This document shows, piece after piece, positions 25,576 to 32,838 of a DNA stretch of 32,838 bases. The stretch is from Arcobacteraceae bacterium (GTDB taxonomy: Bacteria; Campylobacterota; Campylobacteria; Campylobacterales; Arcobacteraceae), in assembly GCA_048268245.1 (NCBI GenBank), contig JBLWVX010000032.1, forward strand, positions 1 through 32,838, in the 5' to 3' direction. The notes beneath the pieces were generated by a model. The model searched no databases and had not been told where the DNA came from. It was given only the letters and a program-made list of their open reading frames with translations. The translations under genes were made by a program, and so were the position numbers. Position 1 is the stretch's first letter. Every line of letters starts with the position of its first letter.

Positions 25576-26343
25576 ATGGAAATTAGAATTTTAGAAAAAG
25601 AGTTAGATAATCAAATTTCATATAATGGAAAAGTAGGTTTAATTCTTTTAGCAACAGATCAAATAACTTTATATGAGTTTGAAGCAATTTTTAAAGATAC
25701 AGGAATACTTTATTTTCCATCTAGAGTTATGTTAGATTCAGTTGAATTAAGTCCAGAAGTTTTAATGCAAGTTAAAAATCAATTATCAAGCGCTACAAAC
25801 TCTATCGTTCCTGGTATGAAACTTGATGTAGTTGCTTTTTCATGTACATCTGCGTCTATGACAATAGGTGAAGATGAGGTTTCTAAAATCATTAAAAATA
25901 GCGATTTAAATAGACAAATAGATGAAGTTACAAATCCTTATAGTGCTATTAAAAGTATTTGTAAATTTTTAGATATAGATGAGTTAGGAGTTATTACTCC
26001 TTATAGTTTAGAAGTTACACAAGGAATTGTTGATGGGATGTTACCTGATATTAAAGCTGTAGATGTGGCTACGTTTAATAATCCAAATGATAACTTAGTT
26101 CCTATTATAACTCCTGCTTCTGTAAAAAATGCAGTAATTAATATGGCTAAAAATGAAGATGTAAAAACTATATTTGTTTCTTGTACAAATATTAATATTT
26201 GCAGATATATAGATGAGTTAGAAAAGATTACTGGAAAAACAATTTTAACAAGTAACCAAGTTATGGCTTGGGATATTCTAAGGTTAGCAAAGTATAAAAA
26301 GCCTATTTATGGCTTTGGTTCAATCTTAGAGAAAGAAAGATAA
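25576..26343 (+). CDS. EutA-like / maleate isomerase-Asp/Glu racemase superfamily protein
   Basis: 'VGLILLATDQ', 'FSCTSAS', 'ITPY', 'FVSCTN', 'TSNQVMAW'; both catalytic cysteines present. Confidence 0.88.
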   Translation: MEIRILEKELDNQISYNGKVGLILLATDQITLYEFEAIFKDTGILYFPSRVMLDSVELSPEVLMQVKNQLSSATNSIVPGMKLDVVAFSCTSASMTIGEDEVSKIIKNSDLNRQIDEVTNPYSAIKSICKFLDIDELGVITPYSLEVTQGIVDGMLPDIKAVDVATFNNPNDNLVPIITPASVKNAVINMAKNEDVKTIFVSCTNINICRYIDELEKITGKTILTSNQVMAWDILRLAKYKKPIYGFGSILEKER

Positions 26344-26344
26344 G

Positions 26345-26890
26345 ATGAAAAATATTTTAGCAAAATTAAATTCTCTTACAGCAAAAATAGAAAAAGTTAT
26401 TTTAGCTTTATCTATTATGCTTATGATGATAAATACAACAGCAAATGCTTTAGGAAGATATATCTTTAATCAAAGTATATATTTTTCTGAGGAATTAAAT
26501 CAATTTTTAATGGTGTCAGTAACATTTATTGGTCTAGCTTATGCTGTAAGAAATGGAAGAAATATAAGAATGACAGCAATATATGATTCTTTAAGTCATA
26601 AGAAAAAGAAAGCTCTTATGATAATAATTGCTATTTGTACGTCTTTTTTAATGTTCTTATTAGCTTATGAAGCTTTACAGTATGTATTACAATTAAAGGG
26701 CATGAATAGGCAAAGTCCTGCACTTCAAATTGAAATGTATTTAGTTTATATGATAGTTCCAATAGGCTTTTTTATGGCTGGGTTACAATTTTTTATCAGA
26801 TTTGTTCAAAACTTATTATATGAAGAAATATATCTTTCTTATGATGTAATTGAGCAAAAAGATACAGACTTAAAGGATCAAGCATGTTAG
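26345..26890 (+). CDS. dctQ: TRAP transporter small permease (TeaB-like)
   Basis: Four TM; 'NALGRYIFNQSIYFSEELNQFL', 'YAVRNGRNIRM', 'SPAL'. Confidence 0.9.
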   Translation: MKNILAKLNSLTAKIEKVILALSIMLMMINTTANALGRYIFNQSIYFSEELNQFLMVSVTFIGLAYAVRNGRNIRMTAIYDSLSHKKKKALMIIIAICTSFLMFLLAYEALQYVLQLKGMNRQSPALQIEMYLVYMIVPIGFFMAGLQFFIRFVQNLLYEEIYLSYDVIEQKDTDLKDQAC

Positions 26891-28221
26891 AATTTTTTCA
26901 AAATGTAATAAATGGTGAGCTTGATGTATATGTAATTACATTTACGCTTTTAAGTGTAATGGTAATCTTATTGTTTTTAAGTTTTCCAATGGTTGTGCCT
27001 TTAACAATAGCTACAATGATAGGTTTTTTACATTTTTCTGATTTGCCTTTACAAAATATCATACAGCAGATGATTACAGGGATTACACCAAATGCTTTAA
27101 TTGCAATTCCTATGTTTATTTTTGCAGCTGATATTATGACAAGAGGTCACACAGCAAATAGATTATTGGACTTAATTGAGGTTTTTATAGGACACTATAG
27201 AGGTGGTTTACCAATAACAACTTGTTTAGCTTGTACTTTATTTGGTTCTGTTTCAGGTTCAACTCAAGCTACGGTTGTTTCAGTAGGTACTATTATGAGA
27301 CCAAAACTTTTAAAAGCAGGGTATAAAGATAGTTTTATTTTAGGACTTATTATAAATGCAAGTGACATTGCTTGGTTAATACCACCTAGTATAGGCCTTA
27401 TATTATTTGGAGTTTTAGCAAATGCAAATATTGCTGAGTTATTTATTGCAGGAATTGGTCCTGGAATTGTATTAGCAGGTTTATTCTCTGTTTATTGTTA
27501 TATATATTCAATAGTTCACCAAGATAGTATTGCTCTTGCTCCTAAAGTTGATTGGAAAGGAAGATTTAAAGCAGTAAAAAAAGCTATTTTACCTTTAGGT
27601 TTCCCTGTATTAATAGTAGGTGGAATTTATAGTGGAGCTTTTACTCCAACAGAAGCAGCAGCATTTTCTGTTTTATATGCAATTATTTTAGAAGTGATTA
27701 TTTATAAAAAACTTGGAATAAATGATTTAATTGATTCATCATTAAGTACAGGTCTTATTACAGCAGTTGTATTTATTTTAGTTGGTGCAGGACAGGCTTT
27801 TTCTTGGTATATCTCTTTTGAAATGATACCTCAAGAGTTACTGGGAGCTCTTGATTTAGAAAATGCAAGTCCTGAGTTTATTTTGTTTGTAATTTCTCTT
27901 GCTTTTGTAATTGGATGTATGTTTGTTGATTCAATAGTTGTATTACTTGTTTTAACACCTGTATTTATGCCTATTATTGATAGTTCAGGAATTGACCCAG
28001 TTTTAGTAGGAGTTGTAATTACTTTACAAATGGCAATTGGTTCTGCTACACCACCATTTGGATGTGATATTTTTACTGCAATAGCAGTGTTTAAAAAATC
28101 ATATATGCAAGTAATTAGTGGAATTTTACCATTTTTCTTAATCTTAGTATTAATGTCAGCGATTTTGATTTTCTTCCCTGACACAGCGCTATTTTTAAGA
28201 GATTTAGCATTTGATAAATAA
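26884..28221 (+). CDS. dctM: TRAP transporter large permease (TeaC-like)
   Basis: 'LIAIPMFIFAADIM', 'FGSVSGS', 'LIPPSI', 'ELFIAGIGPG', 'FTPTEAA', 'TPPFGCDIF'; overlaps dctQ by 7 nt. Confidence 0.93.
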   Translation: MLEFFQNVINGELDVYVITFTLLSVMVILLFLSFPMVVPLTIATMIGFLHFSDLPLQNIIQQMITGITPNALIAIPMFIFAADIMTRGHTANRLLDLIEVFIGHYRGGLPITTCLACTLFGSVSGSTQATVVSVGTIMRPKLLKAGYKDSFILGLIINASDIAWLIPPSIGLILFGVLANANIAELFIAGIGPGIVLAGLFSVYCYIYSIVHQDSIALAPKVDWKGRFKAVKKAILPLGFPVLIVGGIYSGAFTPTEAAAFSVLYAIILEVIIYKKLGINDLIDSSLSTGLITAVVFILVGAGQAFSWYISFEMIPQELLGALDLENASPEFILFVISLAFVIGCMFVDSIVVLLVLTPVFMPIIDSSGIDPVLVGVVITLQMAIGSATPPFGCDIFTAIAVFKKSYMQVISGILPFFLILVLMSAILIFFPDTALFLRDLAFDK

Positions 28222-28253
28222 AAAATTAAATTTAATAAAAAAGGAAAACAATT

Positions 28254-29465
28254 ATGATAAACAATTTTAAAAAATATTTAGAGCAAACGGAACTTTTTGA
28301 TAATACAAAAAATTTAAGAGTTGAGGAGTATAAACATCAAGATATTTTAAGCCTTGAAGGTTTTGAAAAAGCTTCAAAAGAGATTACTTCTTGGGATGGT
28401 TTTGAGCAAACACCTCTTGTTAGTTTAGATGATTTAGCAAAACAAACAGGAGTTTCAAAATTATATTATAAAAATGAACACTATAGATTTTCACTAAAAA
28501 GCTTTAAAGCTCTAGGTGGAGCTTACGCTGTTGCTAATCTTTTAATAAATAAATTAAAAGAGCAAGGAATTGAAGCAAATTCAAAAGATTTATTAAGTGG
28601 TAAATACAAAGATATTACTAGTAAGATAACTGTTTCTTGTGCAACTGATGGAAACCATGGTAAATCAGTAGCTTGGGGTGCTTCTATTTTTGGTTGTAAT
28701 TGTGAGATTTTTATTCATAGTCATGTAAGTGTTACAAGAGAAAAAGAGATTGCTAAATATGGTGCAATTATGCATAGAATTGAGGGTAATTATGATGATT
28801 CTGTTCATGAAGCTTCAAGAGTAGCAAATGAAAAAGGATTTTTCACAGTTTCTGATACATCTTATGAAGGATATACAGAAGTTCCAAAAGATGTAATGCA
28901 AGGTTACACAATAATGATTGATGAGGCTTTAAGACAAATGGGTGAGAAACCAACTCACGTATTTTTACAAGGTGGTGTTGGTGGAATGGCAGCAGCAGTT
29001 GTGTCATTTATTCACGAAACTTATGGAAAAGACTTGCCAATCTTTGTAATGATAGAACCAACAAATGCAGATTGTTTACTACAAAGTGCAAGAAATGGTG
29101 AACCAACTGTAGTTCATGGAGATTTAGACACAGTTATGGCAGGTCTTTCTTGTGGAGAAGTGTCATTATTGGCTTGGAAAATTTTAGAACATACAACAAA
29201 AGCATTTTTCTCTATTCCAGATGAACCAATTGCTGAGACTATGAAATATTTAGCGTCTTTACCTAATCCTGTTGTTGCAGGGGAGTCAGCAGTTGCAGGA
29301 CTTGCAGGATTTATAATTACTCAGTTTGATGAAGAGTATAGAAAAGCTTTAAATATTGATGAAAACTCTAAAATCTTATTCTTAGGAACAGAGGGTGATA
29401 CAGATGCTCAAATCTATACAGATTTAGTTGGTAAAAGCTCAGAAGAAGTTCTAAAAAAGGCATAA
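28254..29465 (+). CDS. dpaL: Diaminopropionate ammonia-lyase (PLP, fold type II)
   Basis: 'TPLVSL', 'YKNEHYRFSLKSFKALGG' (PLP Lys), 'ATDGNHG', 'SDTSYEGY..VP..VMQGY', 'QGGVGG', 'TVMAGLSCGE', 'GESAVAG', 'TEGDTD'. Confidence 0.92.
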   Translation: MINNFKKYLEQTELFDNTKNLRVEEYKHQDILSLEGFEKASKEITSWDGFEQTPLVSLDDLAKQTGVSKLYYKNEHYRFSLKSFKALGGAYAVANLLINKLKEQGIEANSKDLLSGKYKDITSKITVSCATDGNHGKSVAWGASIFGCNCEIFIHSHVSVTREKEIAKYGAIMHRIEGNYDDSVHEASRVANEKGFFTVSDTSYEGYTEVPKDVMQGYTIMIDEALRQMGEKPTHVFLQGGVGGMAAAVVSFIHETYGKDLPIFVMIEPTNADCLLQSARNGEPTVVHGDLDTVMAGLSCGEVSLLAWKILEHTTKAFFSIPDEPIAETMKYLASLPNPVVAGESAVAGLAGFIITQFDEEYRKALNIDENSKILFLGTEGDTDAQIYTDLVGKSSEEVLKKA

Positions 29466-29473
29466 AGGAGAAT

Positions 29474-30706
29474 ATGATGGAAAAAATATTTGAAGGTATT
29501 CCTTTTGAGCAAATAAAACAAAGAGCCCAATTTTATAAAGAAGATATTTATAGATTCACAAGAGATTTAGTTAGATGTCCAGGTGGTTCAGGAGATGAAT
29601 CTTTGGCTGCAAAATGTACTATTGATGAAATGAAAAAGCTTGGCTTTAATAAAATAGATATAGACCCAATGGGAAATATTTTAGCTTATATTGGAACGGG
29701 AAAACATTTAATAGCAATGGATGGTCACTTAGATGTGGTAGGAGCTGGAAACCTTGATAATTGGGATTATGATCCTTATGAAGGTTTTGAAGATGAAAAC
29801 AGAATCATAGGTCGAGGTACGACTGATATGAAAGGTGCGATTGCTTCTATTGTATATGCAGCTAAGATTATTACTGATTTAGATATTAAAGATGATTTTA
29901 CACTTCTAGTTTCTGCTTCTGTTGCAGAAGAGGATTGTGATGGTTTATCTTGGAAATATATGATTGAAGAACAAAATATTAGACCTGAATTTGTACTTCT
30001 TGCAGAACCAAGTGATGGAAAGATTTGTAGAGCTCAAAAGGGAAGAATGGAGATTTCTGTTACAACTTATGGAACATCAGCTCATGGATCAATTCCTCAT
30101 ACAGGAGATAATGCAATTTATAAAATGTCAGGAATTCTTCAAGAATTAAGAGCTTTAAATGAAAACTTGTTAGTTGATGATTTACTTGGAAAAGGTTGTT
30201 TAACTGTTTCTGAGATTAGTTCAACATCACCATCAAGATGTGCTGTATCAGACTCTTGTACTATTTCTATTGATAGACGTTTAACTTGGGGTGAAAAACC
30301 TGAGGATGCACTTCAAGAAATAAGAAATTTACCAGCAGTTAAAACAGCAGATGCAAAAGTAAGTATTTATAACTATGAAGAACCTTCATATACAGGTTTA
30401 GAGTATGGACAAGAGTGTTCTTTTAAACCATGGAAAATAGAAGTAGAACATGATGTTACACAAAGTGTAGCAAAGGCTTACAAGAATTTATTTGGAAAAG
30501 AAGCTGTTATTGATATTTGGCCATTTTCAACAAATGGTGTATCTATTATGGGTGAACATAATATTCCTGTAATTGGTTATGGACCAGGTGAATTAAAGTT
30601 TGCCCATGCACCAAATGAAGAAGTAAAAAAAGCAGATTTAATTTTATGTGCAGCTTTATATGCAGCTATTCCTTCTGTTTATGTGAGAATGTTGAAAGGA
30701 AACTAA
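29474..30706 (+). CDS. ygeY: YgeY-family M20 metallo-amidohydrolase (ArgE/DapE superfamily)
   Basis: 'IAMDGHLDVVGAGNLDNW', 'GRGTTDMKG', 'EEDCDG', 'EPS', 'HGS', 'SPSRCAV', 'DRRLTWGE', 'W.FSTNGVSIMG', 'GPG...AHAPNE'. Confidence 0.88.
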   Translation: MMEKIFEGIPFEQIKQRAQFYKEDIYRFTRDLVRCPGGSGDESLAAKCTIDEMKKLGFNKIDIDPMGNILAYIGTGKHLIAMDGHLDVVGAGNLDNWDYDPYEGFEDENRIIGRGTTDMKGAIASIVYAAKIITDLDIKDDFTLLVSASVAEEDCDGLSWKYMIEEQNIRPEFVLLAEPSDGKICRAQKGRMEISVTTYGTSAHGSIPHTGDNAIYKMSGILQELRALNENLLVDDLLGKGCLTVSEISSTSPSRCAVSDSCTISIDRRLTWGEKPEDALQEIRNLPAVKTADAKVSIYNYEEPSYTGLEYGQECSFKPWKIEVEHDVTQSVAKAYKNLFGKEAVIDIWPFSTNGVSIMGEHNIPVIGYGPGELKFAHAPNEEVKKADLILCAALYAAIPSVYVRMLKGN

Positions 30707-30707
30707 T

Positions 30708-31877
30708 ATGTTACAAGCACCAAAAAGAGGCTTTGAGAAACAAGAATATGAAAATAGATTAGCAAAAATTCAAAAGTTGATGTTTGATGAAGAAATAGAT
30801 GCTATTTTATTAACAACACAAGTTGATATTGAGTATTACACTGGTTTTAAAACACAGTTTTTTGAGAGTCCAACTAGACCTTGGTTTGTATTAATACCTT
30901 TAGATGATAAACCAAAAGCTATTATTCCAGTAATTGGTGAAAGTGGTATGAGAGATACATGGATTGAAGATATTCAAACTTGGACATCTCCTAATCCACA
31001 AGATGAAGGAATATCTCTTTTATCATTAAATATTAAAGCATTAATGAAAAGATTTAGAACTTTAGGTATTCCAAAAGGGCATGAAAGTACTCTTAGAATG
31101 CCTCTTGAAGATTATGAGAAATTACTTTCATCTCTTGATGATGTTCAAATAAAAGATGCCACAAAAATCTTAAGATATGTGAGATATATAAAATCTCCTG
31201 CTGAGATACAAAAGATTAAATATATTTGTGAAGTAGTATCTCAAGGGTTTGAGGATTTACCAAGCTTACTTAAAGTCGGTCAAAGTGAAAGAGAAAATTG
31301 TCAAAGATTTAAAAATCATCTTCTATCTTTAGGAGTTGATGATTTTCCATATCTCATAGCTGGTTCAGGGCAGGGTGGATATGGGTCTATTATTATGGGA
31401 CCTACACAAAGAGTATTAGAAAATGGGGACATTTTTATCATTGATACAGGGTGTGTTTATGATAGTTATTTTTGTGATTTTGATAGAAACTATGCTTTTG
31501 GATATGCAAGTGATGAAGCAAAAAAAGCTTATGAAGTAGTATTTAAAGCAACACAAGCAGGTTTTGAAGCAAGTGTTGTTGGTAATACAACAAGTGACGT
31601 TTTTAACGCTATGAATAAAGTAATGCAAGAAGGTGGAGCTTTAGGAAATAGTGTAGGAAGACTAGGACATGGCCTTGGAATGCAACTTACAGAGTGGCCT
31701 TCTAATACTATAAATGATAACACACCTTTAGAAGAAGGAGTTGTTTTAACTTTAGAGCCAGGAATGGAATATCTTCCAGGTAAAGAGATGGTTCATGAAG
31801 AGAATATTTTGATTACTAAAGATGGTCCAGTATGGTTGTCAAAAAGAGCTTCATGTGAGCTTCCTATAATAAAATAA
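30708..31877 (+). CDS. M24 (Xaa-Pro peptidase/creatinase 'pita-bread') family hydrolase
   Basis: Creatinase-like N-domain 'F...EYENRL', 'RYIKSPAEI', metal ligands DTG..CDFDR, GHGLG, LEPG, HEEN. Confidence 0.9.
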   Translation: MLQAPKRGFEKQEYENRLAKIQKLMFDEEIDAILLTTQVDIEYYTGFKTQFFESPTRPWFVLIPLDDKPKAIIPVIGESGMRDTWIEDIQTWTSPNPQDEGISLLSLNIKALMKRFRTLGIPKGHESTLRMPLEDYEKLLSSLDDVQIKDATKILRYVRYIKSPAEIQKIKYICEVVSQGFEDLPSLLKVGQSERENCQRFKNHLLSLGVDDFPYLIAGSGQGGYGSIIMGPTQRVLENGDIFIIDTGCVYDSYFCDFDRNYAFGYASDEAKKAYEVVFKATQAGFEASVVGNTTSDVFNAMNKVMQEGGALGNSVGRLGHGLGMQLTEWPSNTINDNTPLEEGVVLTLEPGMEYLPGKEMVHEENILITKDGPVWLSKRASCELPIIK

Positions 31878-31957
31878 GAAATTAAAAACACCTTTTAATA
31901 CTATATTATTTAATTTAGATTTGATTTATACAAATTTCATGGTATTAGGAGGTATGG

Positions 31958-32587
31958 ATGAATTCAAAACAGAAAGTTATTATCTCTTTAATTGTATTAC
32001 TAGTGATATTTTTTATAGTAATGAGTGTAAGTACACTATACAATTTTAGAGATTATAGACTTAAGTCAGGAGAAAAAAGCTAATTTAACTGCTGTGCTTA
32101 TCAAAATCCCTACATTTATTAAACAGTATTCGGAGGCTTTAATAATGAGATTCCAAGAGATAAGATAGATAAAGAAGTTCTAAAAACTGAAAAAGAGATA
32201 AGCAAAACTACAGAAAATACACAAAAAAGTCTTATGAGAGTTACTATTCCTTATTGTATGAATTGTCATAATATTAGTGGTGATGCAATAAAAATTGTAT
32301 CAGGAGTAATCAAAACAAATATTAGAAAGTCAGATATTGCTATTAGATATGGTGGAGAAGAGTTCTTGGTTTTTCTATATAATTGTGAAGAAAGTCATGT
32401 TTTAAAGATAGCAGAAAACATAAGAATTACTTTTTCAAAAGAAAAAATTACAGCAAATGCTGAAAGTTTTTCTAAAACACTTAGCGTTGGATGTTCTATG
32501 TTCCCAAGTGATAGTATCTGGAAATGTATTAAGTTTGCAGATATGTGTCTTTATGAGGCGAAACAAACGGGAAGAAATAAAGTTTGA
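31958..32587 (+). pseudogene. Multiply deleted/frameshifted membrane diguanylate cyclase with c-type heme (DUF3365-like) sensor remnant
   Basis: RBS AGGAGG then MNSKQKVIISLIVLLVIFFIVMSVSTLYNFRDYRLKSGEKS*; another frame gives ...NEIPRDKIDKEVLKT...LMRVTIPYCMNCH joined directly to the mid-GGDEF 'GDAIK...IRKSDIAIRYGGEEF...ADMCLYEAKQTGRNKV'. The N-terminal GGDEF motifs (DxLT, DIDxFK) are absent. Confidence 0.85.
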
Positions 32588-32838
32588 AATTTTCACTAGA
32601 GCTCTTAAAAAATAAAAATATAGGCGAAAGCTTTAAAAAAACACTTACTTACATCAAATGTTACAAAGCCTTAGTAAAGGCTTTTACGGCATCTTTTTAT
32701 ACAAAAAATACTTAAATATTTAAAAATAAATCAAGTAAAATTATTTAAAAAAATCAAATACCACTTAATAAAATACACAACAATAGTTTTTTATTTTAAA
32801 TTATCTAAGAATAAATTAAGAATAGTTTTATATAATTT

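Noticed and set aside
5344..31723. Other short ORF-track entries nested in long genes (5344, 6421, 11693, 14495, 16597, 25087, 25133, 27831, 29964, 31416, 31529)
   Set aside because: All lie inside well-supported CDSs, either antisense or in alternate frames, and have no recognisable motifs.
24490..31877. Calling module 2 a standard ectoine utilisation (eut/doe/ueh) operon
   Set aside because: No EutE/DoeB, EutB, EutC, DABA transaminase, AsnC/DoeX or MocR-type EnuR in the window; DAP lyase and YgeY are not standard members.
32665..32684. Hairpin AAAGCCTT-AGTA-AAGGCTTT near the GGDEF relic as a c-di-GMP riboswitch or att site
   Set aside because: Lacks the GEMM two-stem consensus and no integrase or tRNA is visible; at most a small terminator-like stem.
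1..32838. tRNA, rRNA, CRISPR array, prophage or defence system
   Set aside because: No cloverleaf or rRNA-like GC-rich segments, no repeat-spacer periodicity, and no phage or defence motifs recognised.

Overview
AT-rich chromosomal window, most likely from a marine Campylobacterota (Arcobacteraceae-like); this is inferred from the 'QQSKMAAMGEMIxNIAHQW' kinases, the OprD/MOMP-type porin and the GlnRS-YqeY fusion. The left third (1-11583) holds a decayed IS3-family end, a frameshifted HipB-like HTH gene, two orphan histidine kinases, a periplasmic binding protein plus diguanylate cyclase pair, an ABC-F ATPase, an HD-GYP remnant, glnS with a C-terminal GatB/YqeY domain and a hypothetical protein. 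The core is a ~20 kb co-oriented catabolic region (11640-31877) built from two modules, each headed by one of two paralogous GntR regulators. Module 1 is porin, Rid-family deaminase, aldehyde dehydrogenase, atypical M19 amidohydrolase, BCCT transporter, an 804-aa unknown/DUF3726-like fusion and an FdhF/YdeP molybdoenzyme; it resembles the marine homarine-catabolism gene set as I recall it. Module 2 is a TeaABC-like TRAP transporter, EutA-like racemase/isomerase, diaminopropionate ammonia-lyase, YgeY-like M20 hydrolase and M24 hydrolase. It looks like an ectoine-style ring-opening pathway ending at 2,3-diaminopropionate rather than diaminobutyrate, and is the best candidate for an undescribed system. 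A ~40-bp palindromic operator with compensatory changes precedes the catabolic transcription units. The window ends in a multiply deleted heme-sensor/GGDEF pseudogene. All family assignments are from motif recognition by eye, with no database searches.
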